Positions 19,887 to 28,740 of a DNA stretch of 64,000 nucleotides are shown in pieces. This DNA comes from Erysipelotrichia bacterium. Lineage in GTDB: Bacteria > Bacillota_I > Bacilli_A > RFN20 > CAG-826. The DNA lies in the NCBI GenBank assembly GCA_012522695.1, contig JAAYJX010000107.1, positions 22,408-86,407 on the forward strand, written 5' to 3'. The position numbers were made by a program, and so were the translations under genes. Below the pieces are notes generated by a model that was not told where the DNA came from, made no database searches, and worked only from the letters and a program-made list of their open reading frames with translations. Each line of letters starts with the position of its first letter. Position 1 is the first letter of the stretch.

Positions 19887-20612
19887 ATGAAAATACTTAA
19901 CAAAGTTTTAAAAAGGCGACTTCACTTAGTTTTTCTTGATTTTGAAGGAACACAATTTTCTCATGAAATGATTGCTTATGGTGCTGTTATTGCAAGTTTA
20001 AAAAAAGACGGGTCAATCAGACGAATACATAAAGGTATTAAAGGGTATGTTAAACCTACGAATAAAATTGGAAAATTTGTAACTGATTTAACAAACATTA
20101 CTGAAGAAACCCTAAATAAAAAAGGCGTTTCTTTTGAAGAAGCAATTGATCATATTCATAGTTATTGTGGACGTAATTTTGAAAAAGTTTTATTTGTCAC
20201 TTTTGGCGATCATGACATTCGCATTCTTAATCAATCAGCAATGCATAGTAAAAAATATAATAAAGATTATTTAAAGCAAATTAAAAAATATCATTTTGAC
20301 TTATCTGGTTTTATTAATAACTATATTAAAGATGAAAAAAATAATTCTTATTCATTAGAAAATTATTTGAAAGTTTTTAATATCGAATTTAGTGGCGAGA
20401 AGCATGACCCACTTGCTGATGCAATTAATTTAGCACATTTATATAATGCTTTTGTTCGTAATAAAAAGATCGTTTCTGAACAATATAAAAAGGTCCTTTT
20501 AAACTTTAAAAAGATTCCCGCTCCCTTAGTCGAGTTATTAAAAAAATTAAAAGAAGAAGAAAAAGTTTCAATTAATGATTTAGAAGAAATTATTAATAAA
20601 CATTTAAGTTAA
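19887..20612 (+). CDS. DEDDh-family 3'-5' exonuclease (DnaQ-like, KapD/ERI-1-like)
   Basis: Exo I motif LVFLDFEGT, Exo III H-x4-D (HDPLADA). Start trimmed to the ATG at 19887 (MKILNK...) from the longer track ORF. Confidence 0.65.
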   Translation: MKILNKVLKRRLHLVFLDFEGTQFSHEMIAYGAVIASLKKDGSIRRIHKGIKGYVKPTNKIGKFVTDLTNITEETLNKKGVSFEEAIDHIHSYCGRNFEKVLFVTFGDHDIRILNQSAMHSKKYNKDYLKQIKKYHFDLSGFINNYIKDEKNNSYSLENYLKVFNIEFSGEKHDPLADAINLAHLYNAFVRNKKIVSEQYKKVLLNFKKIPAPLVELLKKLKEEEKVSINDLEEIINKHLS

Positions 20613-20613
20613 T

Positions 20614-21189
20614 ATGATTAAATATCCATCTGGTAAAACTTATCAAAAAAAATCCGAGAAAACAAAAATTCGCTCGAGTAGTTTAGCTAATCGTGGCATG
20701 GCACTTGAAGATGATATAAATAAGTCTAACGAATATTATCGCGATAAAAACATTGCCCTAATAACAAAAAGACCAACACCAATTAATGTTGTTAAAGTAG
20801 ATTATTCTCGTGGCGCAAAAATCATTGATGCTTATTTTGAAAAACAATCAACTACTGATTATAATGGTGTTTTTCAAGGAAAATACCTTGATTTTGAGGC
20901 AAAAAGCACGATTTCAAAAACTTCTTTACCGCTTGCTAATATTACCAAGCATCAAATCGAGCATATTAAAAAGGTCCAAGAACACGGCGGTATTGCTTTT
21001 TTTATTATTCGCTTTTCTTCATTAAACGAAACATATTTAATTGATGCAAGTTTTGTCATTAATCAATTTAAAGAACAAAAAAGAAAATCACTTGCTTATT
21101 TACAGTTAAAAAAAGTTGCCTATTTAATTGAGGAAGGTTTTCAACCACGTTTAGATTATTTAAGTGTCGTTAAAAAAGTTTATTTTTGA
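20614..21189 (+). CDS. recU: Holliday junction resolvase RecU
   Basis: 191 aa. RecU signature regions (GMALEDDIN, KRPTPINVVKVDY, DFEAKST). Confidence 0.85.
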   Translation: MIKYPSGKTYQKKSEKTKIRSSSLANRGMALEDDINKSNEYYRDKNIALITKRPTPINVVKVDYSRGAKIIDAYFEKQSTTDYNGVFQGKYLDFEAKSTISKTSLPLANITKHQIEHIKKVQEHGGIAFFIIRFSSLNETYLIDASFVINQFKEQKRKSLAYLQLKKVAYLIEEGFQPRLDYLSVVKKVYF

Positions 21190-21866
21190 TTTTTTAAAAA
21201 ATACAAACAATCATTTTTCATCTTACATATTTGACATTTTGGCGAACGCGCTAAACAAATATTCCGGCCAAACATAATCATTTGATGATTTACTTTATTA
21301 TAAAATTGAGGTTTCATTAAACCTTTTAAAATCATTTCAATTTGATCGGGTTGATTTTTTTCTTTAGCAAAACCTAGTCTTTTACTAATGCGCATTACAT
21401 GTGTATCAACGGCAAAAGAAGGAATATTAAAAAGTTCGGCTTGAATGACGTTACGCGTCTTATTACCAACACCTGGTAGACGCATTAATAATTCACTTTC
21501 AGAAGGGACGACCCCATTAAATTCTTCATCAATTATTGTTGCGATATTTTTAATATGACGAGCTTTATTACGATATAAACCAATTGTTTTAATTGCCTCT
21601 TCAATATCTTTAATAGGCGCTTCTTTTAGAGCTTTTAAAGTTGGAAAGCGACCGAATAAAGTAGGCGTTACTAAGTTGACGGATTTATCCGTTGTTTGTG
21701 CGCTTAACATCACGACAATTACTAACTCATAATCGTGAGTATAATCTAATTGAAAATGCGCAACAGGAAAAAGCTCCTCTAAGTACGTTCGAAAAGAAGT
21801 CATTTTCTTTTTATTTATCGTCGTCATCGATCCATTTTGTTTGGGCGATTTTAATTGTTTCTTCAA
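21180..21866 (-). CDS. nth: Endonuclease III
   Basis: 228 aa. HhH-GPD (LPGVGNKT), catalytic K/D context, C-terminal 4Fe-4S cluster C-x6-C-x2-C-x5-C. Confidence 0.9.
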   Translation of the reverse strand: MKKQLKSPKQNGSMTTINKKKMTSFRTYLEELFPVAHFQLDYTHDYELVIVVMLSAQTTDKSVNLVTPTLFGRFPTLKALKEAPIKDIEEAIKTIGLYRNKARHIKNIATIIDEEFNGVVPSESELLMRLPGVGNKTRNVIQAELFNIPSFAVDTHVMRISKRLGFAKEKNQPDQIEMILKGLMKPQFYNKVNHQMIMFGRNICLARSPKCQICKMKNDCLYFLKNQK

Positions 21867-22470
21867 TGTTTTCCTTCCATTTGTCAGTAATGGCAGTAAA
21901 ACCTTCTTTTTCTAAATCATCACGAGCTTGCCAACTTAATAAAATTTTATCAATTGAACGAAATGATTTTTTATTTTTAGCAAGCGCTTCTTTTAAACCG
22001 TTAATAATCATTTCTTCGCTATAGCCATAATTAAGCCATTCATTAATCATTGAAAATTCTAGTGGCGATAACGTCCGACTTAATTCTTTTTCAAAAATTG
22101 CATAAATATTTTTTAAAATAGCATTTCGGTGTTCTGAATTATTTATTTCTTGTTCTTTAGCTAATGTTTTTTGAAATTCTTCATATAACTTTTTACGAAG
22201 CGGCTCTAAAGACGTTTTAATACTTTTGCTCGTTGTTATGTATTCTAAAAAATTACGATTAATTAACTTAACGAGGATTTTATCGATTTCGCTCGTTGAA
22301 ATGGACATTTTTAAACTGAGTAAGTCGGCTGTGATAAACTTATTTTTTTGTTCAAGTAAATGATCAATAACTAAAATTGTCATCACTTCTTTTTCGTTTA
22401 AACCTATTTTTTTATAATGTTCTAATAATAAGTAGCGGAAGTCTAAGGCTTCCATTGAAATCACACTCAT
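21811..22470 (-). CDS. dnaD: DnaD-domain replication initiation / membrane attachment protein
   Basis: 219 aa. Immediately upstream of nth, as dnaD-nth in B. subtilis. DnaD C-terminal domain-like features (YxxxIxxxW-like INEWLNY). Confidence 0.65.
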   Translation of the reverse strand: MSVISMEALDFRYLLLEHYKKIGLNEKEVMTILVIDHLLEQKNKFITADLLSLKMSISTSEIDKILVKLINRNFLEYITTSKSIKTSLEPLRKKLYEEFQKTLAKEQEINNSEHRNAILKNIYAIFEKELSRTLSPLEFSMINEWLNYGYSEEMIINGLKEALAKNKKSFRSIDKILLSWQARDDLEKEGFTAITDKWKENIEETIKIAQTKWIDDDDK

Positions 22471-22514
22471 CCAATACCTCGTTTATTTATCTTACCATGA
22501 CTCATAAAATTACG

Positions 22515-23123
22515 TCATGCTTTTTCTTTACTTTTTTCTAATTCAATTTTGTGAGGATTAATTTTTTCAAGTAAATAATAATATTTTTTAATTGCCTTAT
22601 TAGTTTTTGCTTCAATTTGAAAATTAAGTTTTTTAGCAAATCTTTCCGCGCGAACAATACGCAATGGATCTTCTTTAATTCTTTTTTTGGGGCATCCAAT
22701 AAAGCGAATAAGGCCTTGTTTTAAATCGCTAATCCCACTTGTAAAATCATAAACATTTAAATTCATATCAATATATAAGGCATTAATCGTAAAATCACGA
22801 CGTTTATAATCTTCTTTTAAAGTTTTAACAAAAGCTATTTTTTGCGGATGCCGATAATCACCATAACCACTTTCTTTACGGAGCGTTACTAAATCAATTT
22901 TTTGTTTTTTAAATATATAAGTAACAGTGCCATAACGCTCAAAAGTATAATTAGCATCAACTAAAAAACTTTTCATTTGCTTAGGTGTCGCATCGGTAAC
23001 AAAATCATAATCTTTAACTTCTAAACCAAGTAAATAATCGCGAGCCGTTCCCCCAACGATATATAAAGAAAAACCATGTTGATCAAAAATAGCCGCTAGT
23101 TCTAAAAATATTTTTTTAAGCAT
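22515..23123 (-). CDS. cca: Polynucleotide adenylyltransferase head-domain protein (truncated CCA-adding-enzyme homologue)
   Basis: 202 aa. GGTARDYLLG...DYDF nucleotidyltransferase head motif and RRDFTINA motif B. Only about half the length of Bacillus Cca (~397 aa), so the body/tail is missing. Confidence 0.7.
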   Translation of the reverse strand: MLKKIFLELAAIFDQHGFSLYIVGGTARDYLLGLEVKDYDFVTDATPKQMKSFLVDANYTFERYGTVTYIFKKQKIDLVTLRKESGYGDYRHPQKIAFVKTLKEDYKRRDFTINALYIDMNLNVYDFTSGISDLKQGLIRFIGCPKKRIKEDPLRIVRAERFAKKLNFQIEAKTNKAIKKYYYLLEKINPHKIELEKSKEKA

Positions 23124-23185
23124 ACGTTTATTTTAGCAAATAAAAAAAGCCCGGCCAACGCCAAGCTTTAATATTTTTCTAAGAA

Positions 23186-23458
23186 TTAGTTAAGTTTGTC
23201 TTTTAAGTTTTTCGAAAGTTTAAAAGTTACTGTATTAGACGCTGGAATTTGGATTTTTTCACCAGTCGCCGGATTCGTTCCTAGACGAGCTTCGCGTTTT
23301 TTATGTTCAAATACACCAAAGCCAGAAATTTTTACAGAAACCCCATTTGCTAAAGAGTTTTCGATTATTTGTAAAAAAGCATCGACAAAATCAGTCGCTT
23401 CTTTTTTAGTCATGCCGGTATCTTCCATAAGAGCTAAAATTAAATCCGCTTTATTCAT
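23186..23458 (-). CDS. hup: DNA-binding protein HU
   Basis: 90 aa. HU signature GFGxFE...R.GRNP.TGE.I.I. Confidence 0.93.
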   Translation of the reverse strand: MNKADLILALMEDTGMTKKEATDFVDAFLQIIENSLANGVSVKISGFGVFEHKKREARLGTNPATGEKIQIPASNTVTFKLSKNLKDKLN

Positions 23459-23524
23459 AAAGTTCTCCTTCTTACTTTCTAAAAATTAACATATTGAACA
23501 TTATTTTTCAATAAATATATTTAA

Positions 23525-24523
23525 TTACTTTTCCTCTTTCAAACTTCTTTTCATTAATAAATTTATAACTTCGTTAGGTTTAGCATTTTCAAAAAGAACA
23601 CGATAGAGTGCACTTATAATTGGTAAATCAATATTTTGTTGTTTGCTTATTTCGTAAATAACTTTTGTTGTTCGAATACCTTCAATCGTTATATTTTTTA
23701 CTTTTAAAACATTTATAGCACTATTTTCAAGGCCTATTTGATAACCAGCTTGGTAGTTTCGTGAATGCTTTGAACCACAAGTTACGACTAAATCACCAAT
23801 CCCTGTTAAACCTAAATACGTTTTTTCTTTCGCATGAAAATGTGCTCCAAACTTAACCATTTCGTTTAATCCACGCGTAATAAGAGCAGCTTTTGCATTA
23901 TCGCCCAAACCTAGTCCATCAATTATTCCAGCACCTAAAGCAATAGCGTTTTTCATTGCTGTTGCATATTCTGCTCCAACTTCATCTTGAAGTAAATAAA
24001 CACGAAAATAATCATTACTAAAAAGATTTTGAACTAACTTAGCTGCTTTTTTCTTTTTTGAAACAGACGCAATTAATGTTAAGCGTCGTTTAATAACTTC
24101 TTCAGCATGAGATGGTCCTAGTAAAGAAACGACGGCTGTAATTTTTTCTTTTGGTATAACTTTACGAATAATTTGCGACATTCTTAAATTTGTTTCTGGA
24201 TCAAAGCCTTTAGCTGCGTTAACAAAAACAAGAGGCCGGTTTAAAAATTTATTAATGTCATCTAAAACAATTTTAACAGCATGAGTCGGAACAACGAGTA
24301 ATAAAAGTTCAGCAAAATCAATAACTTCTTTAATAGTATTTGTCGCCTTAATTTTTTCATCTAAAACAACGTCTTTAAAATAAGTCGTATTTGCGTGTTT
24401 TAAATTAATTTCATCAATTTGATTTTGACAATTACCATATAAAAAAACATCATGCTTATTATCAACAAGAACTTGTGCTAATGCACTAGCCCAAGAGCCA
24501 GTCCCAAAAATACCAATTTTCAT
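23525..24523 (-). CDS. gpsA: Glycerol-3-phosphate dehydrogenase [NAD(P)+]
   Basis: 332 aa. N-terminal Rossmann motif GIFGTGSWASAL and GpsA family length. Confidence 0.88.
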   Translation of the reverse strand: MKIGIFGTGSWASALAQVLVDNKHDVFLYGNCQNQIDEINLKHANTTYFKDVVLDEKIKATNTIKEVIDFAELLLLVVPTHAVKIVLDDINKFLNRPLVFVNAAKGFDPETNLRMSQIIRKVIPKEKITAVVSLLGPSHAEEVIKRRLTLIASVSKKKKAAKLVQNLFSNDYFRVYLLQDEVGAEYATAMKNAIALGAGIIDGLGLGDNAKAALITRGLNEMVKFGAHFHAKEKTYLGLTGIGDLVVTCGSKHSRNYQAGYQIGLENSAINVLKVKNITIEGIRTTKVIYEISKQQNIDLPIISALYRVLFENAKPNEVINLLMKRSLKEEK

Positions 24524-24527
24524 TTTT

Positions 24528-25838
24528 TTATGTTCTTTCTCTAAAAATAAATTTTAAAGGCGTCCCTTCAAAGTTATAAGAAAGACGTAGGCGATTTTCA
24601 ATATAACGAACGTAAGAAAAATGCGCATGCCGTTTATGATTAACGAAAAATACAAATGAAGGCGGTCTTATATCAACTTGATTAACAAAATATATTTTTA
24701 GTCTTCGTCCTTGATGTAAAGGCGGAGGATTCATTAATTGAGCGTCATGAATAATTTCATTTAAAATACTCGTTTGAATCCGTGTTTGATAAGCATTAAA
24801 AACTACATCAATTAAAGGCAAAATTTGATCAACTTGAAAGCCTGTTAAAGCTGAAACAAAAATAATTGGCGCGAAATCTAAAAATTTAAATTCTTTTTTT
24901 ATTTGTAAACGAAATTCATCCATACTCATAAATTTTTGGTCAATTAAATCCCATTTATTTACAACCAAAATAATCGCTTTATGAAGTTCAATAGCTCGAT
25001 TTAAAATATGTTTATCTTGTTCAATAATTCCTTCTTTAGCATCAATAATTAATAAAACAATTTCACTTCTTTCAACTGCATCTAAAGCGCGCAAAGCACT
25101 ATACTTATCAAGAGCTTCATAAATTTTTCCACGACGTTTTAAACCGGCCGTATCAATGGCAACATAAGTCTTATCTTCAACACTAAAAGAAGTATCAATT
25201 GCATCACGAGTTGTCCCAGGAATATTACTAACAATAACGCGTTTTTGCCCTAATATAGCGTTAAATAGTGAAGATTTACCAACATTTGGTCGTCCAATCA
25301 AAGAAAAGATAATTTCATCTTCGCTATATTTTTCTTCTTTACTTTCAGGCAATATACTAACGATATAATCAAGTAAATCACCAATGCCAATTCCGTGTTC
25401 ACCACTAACAATAAAAGGCTCGCCAAAACCTAAAGATGCAAAACTATACGCATCGCCAATTTTTGTAATATCATCAATTTTATTAACGACTAATACTACT
25501 TTTTTATTAGCGGTTTTTAACAAACGTGAAATTTGTAAATCGTCGTTTGTTAAACCGATTTGTCCATCAACAACAAAAACTATAATTTCGGCTTCCATAA
25601 TAGCAATTTCGGCTTGAATTCTTATTTGTTCTTGAAAAGGTGCTTTTGATATTTCAATCCCGCCTGTATCAATAAGACGAAATTTTTTATTAAGCCAACT
25701 AGTCGTCTCGTATAAGCGATCGCGAGTCACGCCTGGCTCATCATCTATGATTGCTCTTCTTTCTCCTAAAAAGCGATTAAAAAGTGTTGACTTTCCAACG
25801 TTTGGACTGCCGATAATTGCGACAATATCAAGCGCCAT
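24528..25838 (-). CDS. der: Ribosome biogenesis GTPase Der (EngA)
   Basis: 436 aa. Two tandem GTPase domains (GSPNVGKST and GRPNVGKSS) plus a KH-like C-terminus. Confidence 0.93.
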   Translation of the reverse strand: MALDIVAIIGSPNVGKSTLFNRFLGERRAIIDDEPGVTRDRLYETTSWLNKKFRLIDTGGIEISKAPFQEQIRIQAEIAIMEAEIIVFVVDGQIGLTNDDLQISRLLKTANKKVVLVVNKIDDITKIGDAYSFASLGFGEPFIVSGEHGIGIGDLLDYIVSILPESKEEKYSEDEIIFSLIGRPNVGKSSLFNAILGQKRVIVSNIPGTTRDAIDTSFSVEDKTYVAIDTAGLKRRGKIYEALDKYSALRALDAVERSEIVLLIIDAKEGIIEQDKHILNRAIELHKAIILVVNKWDLIDQKFMSMDEFRLQIKKEFKFLDFAPIIFVSALTGFQVDQILPLIDVVFNAYQTRIQTSILNEIIHDAQLMNPPPLHQGRRLKIYFVNQVDIRPPSFVFFVNHKRHAHFSYVRYIENRLRLSYNFEGTPLKFIFRERT

Positions 25839-26506
25839 TAATTTTCTCCAAGTTTACGGCGAACAATATTTAAAACAGCTTCAACAGCTTCGTCAATACT
25901 TAAAAAAGAAGTATCAAGTAAAATTGAATCAACCGCTGGCTTTAATGGAGCAAAGTCTCGATGAGAATCTATATAATCTCTTTTTCTTAAATCGTCTTCA
26001 ACTTCACCTAAAGTCGTAATAATATTTTTCTCAAGGTTTTCTTCATAGCGACGCACAGCGCGTGTTCGCACATCAGCAATTTGAAAAATTTTAATATTAG
26101 CATTAGGTAAAACATACGTGCCAATATCTCGTCCATCCATAACAACAGAATCATTTTTAGCCATTTTTCTTTGCAAATCAACAAGAGCAAGACGTATTTT
26201 TTTATAACTTGCAATATAACTTACATTTTGAGAAATATATGTTTCGCGAATAATTTGCGTGACATCTTCATCATTACAAATAACCCTACCGTCATTTATT
26301 AATTTAATATCTACTTCTGGAATTAGTGAATTGGATGCTTCTTCATCTTTGGGATCTAAACCTTTTTTAATAACGTAATAAGTAAAAGCGCGATACATTG
26401 CACCAGTATCGATATATGTGTAGCCAAGAACTTGTGCAACTTTTTTGGCAACTGTTGATTTGCCAGCCGCGGCTGGTCCATCAATTGCAATCGTAATGTA
26501 TTTCAT
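25838..26506 (-). CDS. cmk: Cytidylate kinase
   Basis: 222 aa. P-loop IAIDGPAAAGKST and Cmk family features. Confidence 0.9.
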   Translation of the reverse strand: MKYITIAIDGPAAAGKSTVAKKVAQVLGYTYIDTGAMYRAFTYYVIKKGLDPKDEEASNSLIPEVDIKLINDGRVICNDEDVTQIIRETYISQNVSYIASYKKIRLALVDLQRKMAKNDSVVMDGRDIGTYVLPNANIKIFQIADVRTRAVRRYEENLEKNIITTLGEVEDDLRKRDYIDSHRDFAPLKPAVDSILLDTSFLSIDEAVEAVLNIVRRKLGEN

Positions 26507-26519
26507 TTTGTTTTTCTCC

Positions 26520-26849
26520 TTAGCTAAATGCTTTAATCCCTGTTATAATTGCCAAAACTATTAAAATAATTAATAAAACAAAAAAAATGACACTTCGAAT
26601 AATATCTTTTTTATTTCTTTGCGTAAGTTTCTTTTTTTTCGCTTCTTCATCTTCTAGTTCTTTCGTTCCTTTTAAAATATCATCCACTGATAGAAGTAAA
26701 GTCTTTTTAAGACCCTTTATATCTTCCTCTTCTTCAATTTGTGGAAGCGTTGGCTCATTTGCTTCTTTTGGAAAAGATGAACGTTCAATTTTTAATCGAT
26801 AATCTTTATATTTTTCTTTTCTTGTTTTTTCCATCTCTTTTTTTAACAT
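26520..26849 (-). CDS. Hypothetical single-pass membrane protein (Lys/Glu-rich N-terminus, C-terminal TM)
   Basis: The track ORF runs to 26969, but the first ~40 codons overlap the fer promoter and RBS. A likely start is MLKKEMEK near 26849. C-terminal TM IFFVLLIILIVLAIITGI. Confidence 0.4.
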   Translation of the reverse strand: MLKKEMEKTRKEKYKDYRLKIERSSFPKEANEPTLPQIEEEEDIKGLKKTLLLSVDDILKGTKELEDEEAKKKKLTQRNKKDIIRSVIFFVLLIILIVLAIITGIKAFS

Positions 26850-26962
26850 TACCTGCTTACTGCTATATTCTATTATAAAATAGAACTTATTTGTAGATAA
26901 AAGTAAAAACTTGCATATTGTTTCATAAAAGTTTATAATTTTTTCGCTTGGAGGAAAGTTTA

Positions 26963-27154
26963 ATGGCAAAAAAAGTAAGAATTGAACGCGACCTTTGTAT
27001 TGGTTGTGGATTATGTGCGGCAGTTATGCCTGAAGTATTCGAAATGGATGATGAAGGTAAAGCTGTTGTTCATACTCAACCTGAAGAAGGCGTTGAAGTT
27101 GATGTCGCTAACGATTGCCCAACTGGTGCAATTATTGTTGAAGACGAAGACTAA
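26963..27154 (+). CDS. fer: 4Fe-4S ferredoxin
   Basis: About 63 aa. GGAGG RBS then ATG at 26963. CIGCGLCAAV...DCPTGAI cluster motif. Upstream TTGCAT...TATAAT-like promoter. Confidence 0.85.
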   Translation: MAKKVRIERDLCIGCGLCAAVMPEVFEMDDEGKAVVHTQPEEGVEVDVANDCPTGAIIVEDED

Positions 27155-27175
27155 TTTTTGTTATTTTTATATTAA

Positions 27176-27205
27176 GAAACTACCCTTGACATGTCGGGTA
27201 GTTTT
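27176..27205. terminator. Bidirectional terminator hairpin between convergent fer and ribU
   Basis: AAACTACCC-TTGACATGTC-GGGTAGTTT perfect 9-bp stem flanked by T-runs on both strands. It overlaps the last codons of the minus-strand ORF. Confidence 0.6.
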
Positions 27206-27893
27206 TTTCTTCAAAACGAATCATTAAATTATGACTGCTTTTATAAACTAATAATGTTATAGCAATAATTATACTATTCTTAATTACATTAAAAGGAACA
27301 ATTGCATATAAACCAAGCGACCATTCAACGTTAGTAATTTTAGGATTGGCGAGTTGCGCCATTGCTAATAAGGCTTCTTTTGGAAAACCCATTACAAACA
27401 TATAAAACGGAACCATTAAATATATATTAAAAAATAAACTTACAATAATTTGGACAATAAAGCCTAAACCTAATCCATAAAAAACACCTTTAAGGTTTCT
27501 TCTTTTTTGATAAATAAGAGAAGCCGGCACAATAAAAGCAATTGAATATATTAAGTCAGCCCATTCTCCAACAGTTAAAGTCGAAGTGAAAGGTAGTTTA
27601 ATTATTGTTTTAACTACTGTTGCTAAAATCGCCGCAAGTGGTCCATAAGCAAAGCCGGCAATAAAAAGCGGGACTTCATCAAAATGGATTTCTAAAAATT
27701 GTGGAAAAATTGGTAAAGGAAATTTTAAAAAGGGTGTGATATATAAAATGGCACTAAGTGCACCAAAAATACTCACCCGACTTAATAAACGAACTAAATT
27801 AATCTTTTTAATTTTTCTTGGCTTACATGTTCTAGCAACTAAATAAAAACAAAATAACCATACGATTAAGAACCCGATAAAAATTGAATACAT
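27180..27893 (-). CDS. ribU: ECF-transporter substrate-specific (S) component, riboflavin transporter RibU/FmnP-like
   Basis: 237 aa polytopic membrane protein with an ECF S-component-like hydrophobicity pattern. Directly downstream of an FMN riboswitch. Confidence 0.65.
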   Translation of the reverse strand: MYSIFIGFLIVWLFCFYLVARTCKPRKIKKINLVRLLSRVSIFGALSAILYITPFLKFPLPIFPQFLEIHFDEVPLFIAGFAYGPLAAILATVVKTIIKLPFTSTLTVGEWADLIYSIAFIVPASLIYQKRRNLKGVFYGLGLGFIVQIIVSLFFNIYLMVPFYMFVMGFPKEALLAMAQLANPKITNVEWSLGLYAIVPFNVIKNSIIIAITLLVYKSSHNLMIRFEEKNYPTCQG

Positions 27894-27896
27894 AAT

Positions 27897-28037
27897 AAAA
27901 AGCCCCTTTTTCAGGACTTAGTAAAAAGAAATTTGCTTCTTTCCTCTTGACTTTACAATCGCCTCTAGAATTTCACTAGATCTGCCGCAGCTCGTGGGGT
28001 TTACCACCGGTCATGAATTTCACACGGTCCTGAAGTA
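27897..28037 (-). promoter_or_regulatory. FMN riboswitch (RFN element)
   Basis: Minus-strand RNA CTTCAGGACCGTGTGAAATTCATGACCGGTGGTAAACCCCACGAGC...GCAGATCTAGTGAAATTCTAGAGGCGA. It matches the conserved RFN core ...GGGCAGGGTGAAATTCCCGACCGGCGGTAGTAAAGC...GAGC... and the 3' ...CAGTGAAAGTCTGGATGG... segment. P1 partner GTCCTGAA lies downstream. It precedes the ribU-like gene. Confidence 0.8.
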
Positions 28038-28042
28038 CTTAT

Positions 28043-28070
28043 ATTATACAAAAAAAAGACTTAGCGACAA
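28043..28070 (-). promoter_or_regulatory. Sigma-A-type promoter for the riboswitch-ribU transcript
   Basis: Minus strand: TTGTCG (-35), 16 nt spacer, TATAAT (-10). Sits about 7 nt upstream of the predicted riboswitch 5' end. Confidence 0.55.
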
Positions 28071-28092
28071 ATAATATAGTAAAGAAATAAGC

Positions 28093-28740
28093 TTATTTAG
28101 TTTGCGAGGCGCGTATTTTTTTAATAATCATTTCTTTTGATTTCATCACGCGGATTGTCGCCGCCATTTCTTGGTCGGCTAGTTTTGTGCGAATATCTTT
28201 AATTAAAGCAATTTGTTCAGGAATCATAATATGTTCAATCGCATTAACACGACGACGTGTTTTCTCGATTTCTTGAGCATAAAGTTCACTCTTTTTTTCT
28301 GCTTCAACTAAAGCAAAAATAAGCGGAATAAGTTTTTGGCTAAGAAGTAATGTTTCATCAAATTCAATCGGCATATTTGATAAAGAATGTGGCAAAATAA
28401 TTTCAGGGTCAAAATCTAAATCAAATTTTAGTGACTCAACGGTCATTGATTTTTCTTTATGTGTTGTTAAATCCAAATGAAAAAATGGAACAGAAGTTAA
28501 TTCAATTAATTGTTTTGTTTGTAATTTTAAACGTCCTTTTTTAAATTGTTGGAGCGTCGTTTTTAATAACTCTTCAACATCGTTGCGAAGTTTCTTTGTT
28601 TCAAAAACTAAATCCATAAATTGACGAATTAATTCATCTTGTTTATCTTTTAAAAGACGATGACCTCGTTGCGTTACCGCGAGTTGGTTTTTTAATTTAG
28701 TTAATTCCATCCGTGTCGGATTAACTATTGTTAGCGCCAC
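28093..28740 (-). CDS. ntpD: V-type ATP synthase subunit D
   Basis: 215 aa. N-terminus NPTRMELTKLKNQLAVTQRGHRLLKDKQDEL is typical of V/A-ATPase subunit D. Confidence 0.88.
   Translation of the reverse strand: MALTIVNPTRMELTKLKNQLAVTQRGHRLLKDKQDELIRQFMDLVFETKKLRNDVEELLKTTLQQFKKGRLKLQTKQLIELTSVPFFHLDLTTHKEKSMTVESLKFDLDFDPEIILPHSLSNMPIEFDETLLLSQKLIPLIFALVEAEKKSELYAQEIEKTRRRVNAIEHIMIPEQIALIKDIRTKLADQEMAATIRVMKSKEMIIKKIRASQTK

Noticed and set aside
23124-23185. Terminator hairpin downstream of hup (GCCCGGCCAACGCC region)
   Set aside because: The GC-rich patch does not form a clean stem followed by a T-run on the minus strand, so it is too ambiguous to annotate.
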